Below, one piece after another: positions 1 through 12,300 of a DNA stretch of 64,000 nucleotides. The notes under the pieces were generated by a model. That model had not been told where the DNA came from and ran no database searches. It saw only the letters and a program-made list of their open reading frames with translations. The DNA is from Macrostomum lignano (lineage: Eukaryota), in assembly GCA_002269645.1 (NCBI GenBank), contig NIVC01000070.1, forward strand, positions 434,001-498,000, read 5' to 3'. The translations under genes and the position numbers were made by a program. Positions within the stretch are counted from its first letter, which is position 1. Each line of letters opens with the position of its first letter.

Positions 1-880
1 TCAAACATTAAAGAGCCACCATGTCAAACATTAAAGAGCCACCCTGTTAAACATGAAAGAACCACCATGTCGAGTATTAAAGAGCCACCATGTCAAGCAT
101 AAAAGAGCTACCATCTCAAACATAAAAGAGCCACCATGTCAAACATATACGTGACTCCATGTCGAACATTAAAGAGCCACAATGCCAAACATATACGTGA
201 CTGCATGTCTAACATTAAAGAGCTAGCATGTGAAACATAAAAGAGTTACCATGTGAAACATAAAAAAGACATCATTCCAAACATAAAAGAGCCACAATCT
301 TAAACATATACGTGACTCCATGTCAAACATTAAACACATAAAAGAGATACCATGCCACACAAAAGGGAGCCACCATGTCAAACATGAAAAAGTCACCATG
401 TCGAACATTAAACAGCCACCATATCAAACATAAAAGAGCCACCATGTTAAACATATACGTAACTCCATGTCAAACTTTAAAGAGCCACCATGTCAAACAT
501 TGAAAAAGTCACCATGTCGAATCTTAAAGAGCCACCATGTCAAGCATAAAAGAGCCACCATGTCAAACGAGCCACCATGTCAAACATTAAACATTAAACA
601 GAAAAGAGGCACCATGTCAAACATAAAAGAGCCACCATTTCAAACATAAAAATGCTACCAAGTAAGACATATAAGAGCCACCATGTCAAACATAAAAGAG
701 ACACCATGTCAAACATAGAAGAGCCACCGTGTCAACATAGAAGAGACACCATGTAAAAAATAGAAGAGCCACCATTTCAAACATAAAAATGCTACCAAGT
801 AAGACATATAAGAGCCACCATGTCAAACATTAAAGAGCCACCATTTCAAACATAAAAGAGCCACCGTTTCAAACATAAAA
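1..880 (+). repeat. 23-bp minisatellite (AAAGAGCCACCATGTCAAACATT/A), degenerate
   Basis: Direct tandem units; translations repeat every 23 aa (3 units). Confidence 0.95.
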
Positions 881-949
881 ATGAGTGTCATGCCAAACAA
901 AATGGAGCCACTATAAAGCTATGGAAGTTTTTGCACTAGCTACTTGCTA

Positions 950-1460
950 TCAGGTGGATGCTTGCTTTCTGAGGGATGCTTGCTATCCGAGAGATGCTTG
1001 CTACTGGGGTTACCTGCCATTGGGAGATGCTTGCTCTTGGGGGGTGGAGGGTACTTGCTATCTGAGAGCGGGTTGCTAGATATCTATATGGTCTCTTTTT
1101 ATCCAGGTTATGCTTGCTATCTGGGGTTGCTTGCGGTCTAGAGGATGCTTGCTATATGGGGGATGCTTGCTATTCGGGGGGATGCTTGCTATTCGGGGGG
1201 ATGCTTGCTATCTGGGGGATGCTTGCTATCTGGGGGATGCTTGCTATATGGGGGATGCTTGCTATCTGGGGGATGCTTGCTATTTGGGGGATGCTTGCCA
1301 TCTGGGGGATGCTTGCTATCTGGGGTCTGGGGATGCTTGCTATCTGAGGGATGCTTGCTATCTGGGGTTTCTTGCTATCTGGGGGATGTTTGCAGTCTGG
1401 GGGATGCTTGCTATTTGGGGATCAATGCTTGAATGCTCTCTGGGGATGCTTGCTGTATTG
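950..1460 (+). repeat. 18-bp minisatellite (GATGCTTGCTATCTGGGG)
   Basis: Direct tandem units; produces DACYLG / GGCLLS / MLAIWG pseudo-ORFs. Confidence 0.95.
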
Positions 1461-1483
1461 GGATGTTTTGTTTTTAGAGGGAA

Positions 1484-4400
1484 CTAGCAATCTTCGCCCC
1501 CCGATGGGGGACATCTGGATAGAATCTCTGTTTTCTAAAGTAACAAAAAGACAGCCAAAAATCCTTCAAAAAGACAACAGACAAACTGCTCAAATGAAGT
1601 GCATTGCAAAAAGAAATCATCCCAAGACTGCAAGCATCCCCAGATAGCAAGCATCCCCTAGATAGCAAGCATCCCCAAGATGGCAAGCATCCCCCAGATA
1701 GCAAGCATCCCCCAGATTGCAAGCATCCCCCAGATAGCAAGCATCCCCAAGATAGCAAGCATCCCTCAGATAGCAAGCATCCCCCAGATAGCAAGCATCC
1801 CCCAGATAGCAAGCATCCCCCAGATAGCAAGCATCCCCCAGATAGCAAGCATCCCCCAGAAAGCAAGCATCCCTCAGATAGCAAGCATCCCCCAGATAGC
1901 AAGCATCCCCCAGATAGCAAGCATCCCCCAGATAGCAAGCATCCCCCAGATAGCAAGCATCCCCCAGATAGCAAGCATCCCCCAGATAGCAAGCATCCCC
2001 CAGATAGCAAGCATCCCCAGATAGCAAGCATCCACCAGACAATAAGTAGCTAGTGCGACAATTTCCTTAGCATTATAGCGGCTCCTTTAAAATTCGCTTA
2101 CTTTTACGTTTGAAATTGTGTGTCTTTTTATGTTTAACAGGGTGGCTCTTTTATGTTCTACGCTCGTACATGGTAACTCTTTTATGTTTGATACGGTGGC
2201 TTTTCAATGTCTGACATAGTGGCTCTTCTATGTTTGACATGGGGGCTCTTCTATGTTTGACATGGGGGCTCTTCTATGTTTGACATGGGGGCTCTTCTAT
2301 GTTTGACATGGGGGCTCTTCTATGTTTGACAAAGTGGCTTTTTAATGTTCAAAAAGGTGGCTCTTTTATGTTTGACATGGTGGCTCTTTAATGTTTGACA
2401 TGGTGGCTCTTTAATGTTTGACATGGTGGCTCTTTAATGTTAGACAAAGTAGCTCTTTAATGTTTGACATGGTGGCTCTTTAATGTTAGACAAAGTAGCT
2501 CTTTAATGTTTGACATGATGGCTCTTTAATGATAGACATGGTGGCTCTTTAATTTTTGACATGGTGGCTCTTTAATGTTGGACATGGTGGCTCTTTAATG
2601 TTAGACATGGTGGCTCTTTAATGTTCGACATAAAGTCACTTATATGTTTGACATGATGGCTCTTTTATGTTTAACATGGTGGCTCTTTAATGTTTGACAT
2701 GGTAGCTCTTTTATGTTCGACATGGTGGCTCTTTAATGTTCGACATGGTGGCTCTTTTATGTTCGACATGGTGTCGCTTCAATGTTTGACATGGAGTTAC
2801 GTATATGTTTTACATGGTGGCTCTTTTATGTTCGACGTGGTGGCTCTTTAATGTTTGACATGGTGGCACTTTCATGTTTGACCTGGTGGCTCTTTAATGT
2901 TTAACATGGTGGCTCTTTAATATTTGACATGGTGGCCCTTTTATGTTCGACATGGTGGCTCTTTAATGTTTGACATGGAGTCATGTATATGTTTGACCTG
3001 GTGGCACTTTCATGTTTGACCTGGTGGCTCTTTAATGTTTGACATGGTGGCTTTTTAATATTTGACATGGTGGCACTTTCATGTTTGACCTGGTGGGTCT
3101 TTAATGTTTGACATGGTACCTCTTTTATGTTCGACATGGTGGCTCTTTAATGTTTTACATGGTGGCTCTTTAATGTTTGATAAGGTGGCTCTTTAATGTT
3201 TGACATTGTGGCTCTTCAATATTTGACAAGGTGGCTCTTTAATGTTTAAAATGGTGGCTCTTTAATTTTCGAAATGGTGGCTGTTTTATGTTTGACATGG
3301 TGGCTCTTTAATGTTCGACATGGTGGCTCTTTAATGTTCTTAATGGTGTCTGTTTTATGTTTGACCTGGCGGCTCTTTAATGTTTGCCATTGTGGCTCTT
3401 TAATGTTTGACATGGTGGCTTTCTAATGTTTGACATGGTGGCTCTTTAATGTTCGACATGGTGGCTCTTTAATGTTTGACATGGTGGCTTTTTAATGTTC
3501 GACATGGTGGCTCTTTTAGGTTTGAAATGGTGGCTCTTTAATGTTTGACATTGTGGCTCTTTAATGTTCGACATGGTGGCTCTTTAATGTTTGACATGGT
3601 AACTCTTGTATGTTTGATATGGTGGCTCTTTTATGTTCGACATGGTGGCTCTTTAATGTTTTACATGGTGGCACTTTCATGTTTGACCTGGTGGCTCTTT
3701 AATGTTTGACCTGGTGGCTCTTTAATATTTGACATGGTGGCTCTTTAATGTTCGACATGGTGGCTCTTTAATGTTCTTAATGGTGTCTGTTTTATGTTTG
3801 ACCTGGCGGCTCTTTAATGTTTGACATGGTAACTCTTTTAGGTTTGACCTGGTGGCTCTTTAATGTTTGACATGGTGGCTCTTTAATATTTGACATGGTG
3901 GCCCTTTTATGTTCGACATGGTGGCTCTTTAATGTTTGACATGGAGTCATGTATATGTTTGACCTGGTGGCACTTTCATGTTTGACCTGGTGGCTCTTTA
4001 ATGTTTGACATGGTGGCTTTTTAATATTTGACATGGTGGCACTTTCATGTTTGACCTGGTGGGTCTTTAATGTTTGACATTGTGGCTCTTTAATGTTTTA
4101 CATGGTGGCTCTTTAATGTTTTACATGGTGGCTCTTTAATGTTTGACATGGTGGCTCTTTAATGTTTGATAAGGTGGCTCTTTAATGTTTAAAATGGTGG
4201 CTCTTTAATGTTTGACATTGTGGCTCTTCAATATTTGACAAGGTGGCTTTTTAATGTTTGCCATTGTGGCTCTTTAATGTTCGACATGGTGGCTTTTTAA
4301 TGTTCGACATGGTGGCTCTTTTAGGTTTGAAATGGTGGCTCTTTAATGTTTGACATTGTGGCTCTTTAATGTTCGACATGGTGGCTCTTTAATGTTGAGA

Positions 4401-4982
4401 ATTTTGTGTTTTTTAACGTGTTTTAATAAAAAAAACATTTTTCACCACTAAGATTCGAACCAAGGTCGCTACATTAGCATTCCAGTCTGTTTGCATCCGG
4501 CTATCTCTTTTCAATTGGAGAACATGACTTGTGGCCCTTATAATTCAATACTTATAGCAAGTCGGTTAGAGTAAAAAGTTATGACATAATCAATTTCTCA
4601 GTCAGCCAGTATCAGTCTCAATTCAAGTTAGCAATATGGTTACGCAATTTCAATGAAGTCTTGTGTGCGTTTCTGTGGCACTGTTTTCAACTTGTTGTGA
4701 TGCAATCTTTATCACAATCGTAATTCAGCCAGTCAGTTTTTTCTCTAGCATTCTTACAATGCATTTCAAGTCAAAAATTTGGCTTGACCTTTGCAAAAAA
4801 GCATGTTTTTCGAATATTTAATCCCTTTAACATTGAGCAATTTCTTAGCCAAGATACATGTACCGTCCCAGGAACATTTCTGATCGAATGGTGCAAGTTT
4901 GAAGAAAATCGGTTGAGCCATTTTTTCTGAAATCTATCGCATAGCTAGTTAGTTACAGACATTTCATTTTTAGTATATAGGA
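1484..4982 (-). mobile_element. Non-autonomous Helitron copy 1, with internal 23-bp (2190-4395) and 18-bp (1630-2035) arrays
   Basis: On the minus strand it starts TCCTATATACTA (4982) and ends with a GC hairpin (CCCCC-ATC-GGGGG) followed by CGAAGATTG-CTAG (1484-1487), then T. Termini match copy 2 and 8621-9300. Confidence 0.85.
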
Positions 4983-7900
4983 CTAGCAATCTTCGCCCCC
5001 CGTTGGGGGACATCTGTATAGAACCTCTGTTCTCTACAAGTAACAAAAAGATAGCCAAAAAAGGCCTTCACAAAAAAAAACAGACAAAATACTCAAAGGA
5101 AGCAAAAAGAAATCATCCCAAGACAGCAAGCATCCCCCAGATAGCAAGCATCTTCCAGATTACAAGCAACCCCAGATAGCAAGCATCCCCCAGATAGCAA
5201 GCATCCCCCAGATAGCAAGCATCCCCCAGATAGCAAGCATCCGCCAGATAGCAAGCATCTTCCAGATAGCAAGCATCCGCCAGATAGCAAGCATCTTCCA
5301 GATTACAAGCAACCCCCAGATAGCAAGCATCCCCCAGATAGCAAGCATCCCCCAGATAGCAAGCATCCCCCAGATAGCAAGCATCCCCCAGATAGCAAGC
5401 ATCCGCCAGATAGCAGGCATCTTCCAGATTACAAGCAACCCCCAGATAGCAAGCATCCCCCAGATAGCAAGCATCCCCCAGATAGCAAGCATCCGCCAGA
5501 TAGCAAGCATCCCCTACATAGATAGCATCCCCAAATAGCAAGCATCCACCAGACAATAAGTAGCTAGTGCGATAATTTCCTTAGCATTATAGTGGCTCCT
5601 TTAAAATTCGCTTACTTTTATGTTTGAAATTGTATAAATTTTATGTTTGACATGGTGGCTGTTTTAAGTTCTACATGGCAACTGTTTTATGTTTGAAACG
5701 ATGGCTTTTTAATGTCAGACATGGTGGCTCTTTTATGTTTGACATGGTGCCTCTTTATTGTTTGACATGGTGGCTCTTTAATGTTTAACCTGGTGGCTCT
5801 TTTATGTTTGAAACAGTGGCTCTTTTATGTTTGACACAGTGACTCTTTAATGTTCGACAAAGTGGCTATTTAATGTTTGACAAGGTGGCTTTTAAATGTT
5901 TGACATGGTGGCTCCTTAATGTTCGAGAAAGTGGCTCTTTAATGTTTTTCATGGTATAGCTCTTTTATGTTCGACATGGTGGCTCTTTTAGGTTTGACAT
6001 GGTGGCTCTTTTAGGTTTGACATGGTGGCTCTTTTAGGTTTGACATGGTGGCTCTTAAATGTTTGACATGGTGGCTCTTAAATGTTTGACATGGTGGCTC
6101 TTAAATGTTTGACATGGTGACTCTTTAATGTTTCAAATGGTGGCTCTTTAATGTTTTACGTGGTGGCTCTTAAATGTTTGACATGGTGGCTCTTAAATGT
6201 TTGACATGGTAGCTCTTTAATATTCTACATTGTGGCTCTTAAGTGTTCGAAATTGTGGATCTTTTAGGTTTGACATGATGGCTGTTTAATGTTCAACATA
6301 GTGGCTCTTTTATGTTTAACATGGTGGCTCTTAAATGTTTGACATGGTGGCTCTTTAATGTTCGAAATGGTGGCTCTTTTGTTTTACATGGTGGCTCTTT
6401 AATGTTTGACATGGTGGCTCTTTAATGTTTGACATAAAGTCACTTATATGTTCGAAATGGTGGCTCTTTTAGGTTTGACATGGTGGCTCTTTTAGGTTTA
6501 ACATGGTGGCTCTTTTAGGTTTAACATGGTGGCTCTTTTAGGTTTAACATGGTGGCTCTTTTAGGTTTAACATGGTGGCTCTTAAATGTTCGACATGGTG
6601 GCTCTTTAATGTTCGACATGGTGGCTCTTTAATATTCTTCATGTTATAGCTCTTTCATGTTTGACATGGTGGCTCTTTTATGGTCGACATGGTGGCTCTT
6701 TAATGTTCGAAATGGTGGCTCTTTAATGTTCGAAATAGTGGCTCTTTCATTTTCGACATGGTGGCTCTTTATGTTTGACATGTTGGCTCTTTTATGTTTG
6801 ACATGTTGGCTCTTTTATGTTTGACATGGTGGATATTTAATGTTCGAAATAGTGGCTCTTTTATGGTCGACATGGTGGCTCTTTAATGTTCGAAATGGTG
6901 GCTCTTTAATGTTCGAAATAGTGGCTCTTTTATTTTCGACATGGTGGCTCTTTTAGGTTTGACATGGTGGCTCTTTTATGTTCGACATGGTGGCTCTTTA
7001 ATGTTTGACATGGTGGCTCTTTAATGTTTTACATGGTAGCTCTGTTATGTCCGAAATGGTGGCTCTTTAATGTTTGACATAAAGTCACATATATGTTTGA
7101 CATGGTGGCTCTTAAATGTTTGACATGGCGGCTCTTTATGTTTGACATGTTGGCTCTTTTATGTTCGAAATGGTGGCTCTTTTTTGTTCTACATGTTAAC
7201 TCTTTTTATTTGATACGGTGGCTTTTTTAATGTCTGACATGTTGGCTCTTTAATGTTCGACAAAGTGGCTCCTAAATGTTTGACATAGTGGCTCTTCAAT
7301 GTTTGACAATGTAACTTTTGAATGTTTGACATGGTGGCTCTTTAATGTTTGACATGGTAGCTCTGTTATGTTCGACATGGTGGCTCTTCTAGGTTTGACA
7401 ATGTGGCTCTTTAATGTTTCACATGGTGGCTCTTTAATGTTTTACATGGTGGCTCTTTTATGTTTAACTTGGTAGCTCTTTGTTATTTTACATGGCAGCT
7501 CTTTTATGTTCGACATGGTGGCTCTTTAATATTCTTCATGTTATAGCTCTTTCATGTTTGACATGGTGGCTCTTTAATGTTCGAAATGGTGGCTCTTTAA
7601 TGTTTAACACAAAGTCACATATATGTTTGACATGGTGGCTCTTAAATGTTTGACATGGTGGCTCTTTATGTTTGACATGTTGGCTCTTTTATGTTTGACA
7701 TGTTGGCTCTTTTATGTTTGACATGGTGGCTCTTTAATGTTCGAAAAAGTGGCTCCTAAATGTTTGACATAGTGGCTCTTTGATGTTCGAAATAGTGACT
7801 CTTTTATTTTCGACATGGTGGCTCTTTAATGTTCGAAATGGTGGCTGTTTAATGTTAGAAATGGTGGCTCTTTTATGTTTGACATAAAGTCACTTATATG

Positions 7901-8620
7901 TTTTATATGGTGCCTCTTAAATATTAGACATGGTGGCTCGTTTAGGTTTGACATGGTGGCTCTTTAATATTCGATATGTTAGCTCTTTTATGTTCGACAT
8001 GGTGGCTCTTCTATGTTTGACATTGCGCTTCTTTTATGTTTAGAAGTTTTGTGTTTTTAAGGTGTTTTAATAAAAAAAATCTTTTTTGCCCTACTAAGAT
8101 TCGAACCCAAGTCGCTACATTAGCATTCCAGTCTGTTCGCATCTGGGCTATCTTTTTCAATTGGAGAACATAAATTGTGGCCCTTATAATTCAATTCTTA
8201 CAGCAAGTCAATTGGAGTAAAAAGTTATGACATAATCAATTTCTCAGTCAGCCAGAATCAGTCTCAATTTAAGTTGCCAATATGGTTACGCAATTTCATT
8301 CAAGTCGTGTGTGCATTTCTTCGGCACTGTTTTCAACTTGTTGTGATGCAATCTTTGTCAGAATCAGAATTCAGTCAGTCAGTTTTTTCTCTAGCATTCT
8401 TACAATGCATTTCAGGTCGAAAGAGCTGCTTGACCTTTGCAAAAAAGCATGTTTTTCGAATATTTAATCCCTTTAAAATTGAGCAATTTCTTAGCCAAGA
8501 TGCATGTACCGTCCCAGGAAAATTTCTGATCGAATGGTGCAAGTTTGAAGAAAATCGGTTAAGCCGTTTTTTCTGAAATCTATCTCACAGAGACACACAT
8601 TTCATTTTTAGTATATAGGA
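4983..8620 (-). mobile_element. Non-autonomous Helitron copy 2, with internal 23-bp (5640-8040) and 18-bp (5120-5550) arrays
   Basis: On the minus strand: A^TCCTATATACTA at 8621/8620, 3' hairpin CCCCC-AAC-GGGGG plus CTAG at 4983-4986. About 580 bp of 5' non-repetitive sequence is closely similar to copy 1. Confidence 0.85.
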
Positions 8621-9300
8621 TGTCTGTTGTTTTTCGAACATAAAAGAGCCACCATGTAGAATATTAAAGAGCAACCATGTCAAACATTTAAGAGCCACCA
8701 TATCAAACATTTAAGAGCCACCATGTCAAACATATAAGTGACTTTATGTCAAACATAGAAGTGACTTTATGTCAAACATTGAAGAGCCGCCATGTCAAAC
8801 ATAAAAGAGCCACCATGTCAAACAATAAAGAGCCACCATTTCGAACATAAAAGATGCACAATTTCAAACGTAAAAGTAAGCGAATTTTAAAGGAGCCACT
8901 ATAATGCTAAGGAATTGTCGCACTAGCTACATATTGTCTGGTGGATGCTTGCTTTTTGGGGATGCTATCTATCTGGGGGATGCTTGCTATCTGGAGGATG
9001 CTTGCTATCTGGGGGATGCTTGCTATCTGGGGGATGCTTACTATTTGGGGGATGCTTGCTATCTGGGGGATGCTTGCTATTTGGGGATGTTATCTATCTG
9101 GGGGATGCTTACTATTTGGGGGATGCTTGGTATCTGGGGGATGGGGGTCCAAGTCTTGGGATGATTTCTTTTTGCATTGCACTTCATTTGAGTATTTTGT
9201 CTGTTTTCTTTGTGAAGGCTTTATTTGGCTATCTTTTTGTTACTTGTAGAGAACAGAGATTCTATACAGATGTCCCCCAACGGGGGGCGAAGATTGCTAG
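8621..9300 (+). mobile_element. 3' part of a same-family Helitron (23-bp array 8630-8860, 18-bp array 8945-9140, 3' hairpin + CTAG^T)
   Basis: TGTCCCCCAACGGGGGGCGAAGATTGCTAG^T at 9271-9301; reverse-complement match to the 3' ends of copies 1 and 2. Confidence 0.85.
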
Positions 9301-9344
9301 TATAAAAATCTAAAAAGCACAGCCCTTTTATACACTAATCGCAG

Positions 9345-12300
9345 GCTTCAAGCCCAATATGAAGCTGGGATTCAACGCACCCTACGGCTACAAAACTTCT
9401 GCCCAGGTAACAGCCGAGACCGTCACCAAAGTCAACCGCAAAGGCACACCGTGCAGCAGTAAACTGCCGAATGTCACCTACACGATGAACTACTCATGGC
9501 CTGGAAACCTTGAGAATCAGAGCTTCTTGAGCAGCACAGAAGACTGTGTGACGCGGCTCAAGCAGGAGGAGTTCAAGGAGACGTGTGGCTGCCTCAGCGC
9601 GAAGCTGGCTCTGCCCAGCGATCTCATGGATGGCACGAAAATTTGTCATAGCCTGCCGGAAGAGGCAAGTCCTAGTAGCTCGTACCATTTTTCTGCATGA
9701 GAAGGCTTCTATTGCTTTTGATAAATACATCTGAAATACGATAATGCTTTGAGTCTGTCTCAGTGGCGTCCTGTTTAAAGTAGTCCTCTGAATCAGACGT
9801 GCCAACTCACTTCCGGTGCCAACCTAAACTTGATTTTTCAGTATTTAATGAAGAGCCGCCGCTACCAACGCAACAAGTTCGGTCTGATTGAGTACGTCAT
9901 AGCACAAAATGAGTCATTAATATACGAGTCACTCACCGAGTACGTCCTTAAGCACTGGCGCTTATTCAACAACACCAAAAATCTCGTCGACTGCTATCAC
10001 CGCGTCGATGACCGCCAGAATGCCGATGGAGTTCGAGCTAACCAGTGCCCAGTTCGCTGCAGCAACACCCGCTACAAGGTAGTCACTACCCTGACCAACT
10101 GGCCAAAGAACGTGACATTAGCAAGGGACATTCTTAGACGCAGCGCGAGCGCGATCCTTGCACGAATTAACGGCACAGGCCTGTCGGGACGTCGACTGGA
10201 AGTGTTGCGGGACTCTGCACACGCATCCATGAACCAGATGGTCAACCTGTCTGCTAATGATCTTCAATCGTCCAGGGACTTTATCAGCGTGCTGGACGTG
10301 TACCCAGCGTCCACCAAGACCAGCGTCTTCACTGAGTCGTTTGCCTACCAGCTACGGAGCCTGTTCTCCGACCTGGGCGGCATTCTGGGTGAGTCCTGGT
10401 ATCTTATTATCTTATGGAGTTGCCAAAAAGATGTCGCATACACTAGTGTTACAGTAGCTTCCATGGACTACTAGGAGGACGGGCAACTACATTTCTTGGA
10501 AGATTTCAGAAGACAGGTTTCACCGAAAAATACATTACGGAGAAAGGAGGTATTTCTTTTTCAACACAAAATTGTTATCGCTTTTGATAGGAGGCAACTT
10601 TTGATATGTTTCGCCTTTCTTAGAGGTCTATTGCTATTCATAGAGCTTTTCGTTCAGAAAATATCCTACGTATGCATCCAGTGCCTCAAATAATAAAAAT
10701 GGCCACAGCTGGACTCAGTGGTTTTTAAGTCGATGCGAATTATTCAACTATACCCAAATACCACTGTAGTATAACAGGACGTAAAACTCAAAGAAGCAAT
10801 TTTATTGTATGAAAAATCAAATTCCTTTTTCTTGATTCATGAAGGAAACAGCATAAAAAGGAAAACTTCACTGCACAACTATATAAAATACGAGTGATAA
10901 AGAGTAACATGCCGTGCATTCTAAATTAAGGGAATGGTAATCTTGATTGCCCCAGATCAAATGCAACTATTGATTTTGTGAGGAAACAATGAAAATTTTC
11001 TATATCCACAGTGCATTTTTTTCGGGAAATCCATATACTAAAAATGGTCTGTCGGTATATGTGTGTGTGATCGATTTTAGCAAAAATGGCTCAACCGATT
11101 TTGTTCAAACTTGCACCATTCGATCAGAAATTTTTCCGTGACGGTACATGCATCGTGGCTAAGAAATTGCTCGATGCTAAAGGGATTAAATATTCGAAAA
11201 ACATGCTTTTTTGCAAAGGTCAAGCAGCTATTTCGACTTGAAACGCACTGTAAAAATGCTAGAGAAAAAACTGACTGGTTGAATTCTGATTCTGAAATAG
11301 ATTGCATCACAATACACTTTATTTATCGTCTGTGTACTGGCTGAATTTGACACTCAATTGAATTGCGTCACAGCTTTGAGTGTGAAAGTATAGTGCAGTA
11401 CTGAATTTATATTACGTAACCATATTGTTAGCTTTCATAGACACTGGTACTGACTTGCCTAAGAAATTGATTATGTCATAACTGCTTCGCGTGACTTTTT
11501 ACTCTACCTGACTTGGTGTGAGTGTTGAATTATATAAGTGGTACAAATTCACTGATAACTTCGATGAGAGCTAGCCTAGAGCTGAGCAGACCAGACTGCT
11601 AATGCAGCGACCTGGGTTCGAATCTAAGTAGTTTAAAAGTAGTAGTGTAAAATTTTTTATTAAAAGCTTTTATTAAAGGACTAAATAAAAACACTTAGAT
11701 TACTGCACTCGATAAGCTAAGGATTATTGCTCTTGGCAAACCAAGGAATACTGCACTCGATAAGCCAAGGATTATTGCTATTAATAAACCAAGGATTACT
11801 GCACTCAATAAACCAAGGACTATTGCTATTAATAAACCAAGGATTACTGCACTTGATTAATCAAGGATTATTGCTATTAATAAACCAAGGATTACTGCAC
11901 TCAATAAACCAAGGACTATTGCTATTAATAAACCAAGGATTACTGCACTCAATAAACCAAGGACTATTGCTCTTGGCAAACCAAGGATTACTGCACTCGA
12001 TAAGCCAAGGACTATTGCTCTTGGCAAACCAAGGATTACTGCACTCGATAAGCCATGGATTATTGCTATTAATAAACCAAGGATTACTGCACTCGATAAG
12101 CCAAGGATTATTGCTATTAATAAACCAAGGATTACTGCACTCAATAAACCAAGGATTATTGCTATTAATAAACCAAGGATTATGCACTTGGCAAACCAAG
12201 GATTACTGCACTCGATAAGCCAAGGATTATTGCTATTAATAAACCAAGGATTACTGCACTCAATAAACCAAGGACTATTGCTATTAATAAACCAAGGATT

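Larger units (their letters stand above)
1..1482 (+). mobile_element. Internal part of a non-autonomous Helitron-like element (5' end outside window), interrupted at 1483 by the nested Helitron dimer
   Basis: 23-bp array, spacer (~880-950, homologous to 8870-8940) and 18-bp array in the same order as the element ending at 9300. The end of the 18-bp array resembles 14270-14350 of the Helitron at 11030-16730. Confidence 0.6.

Noticed and set aside
1-880. Many perfect Kozak contexts (GCCACCATG) in the 23-bp unit
   Set aside because: A by-product of the repeat unit; downstream frames close quickly and the array is intronic or transposon cargo.
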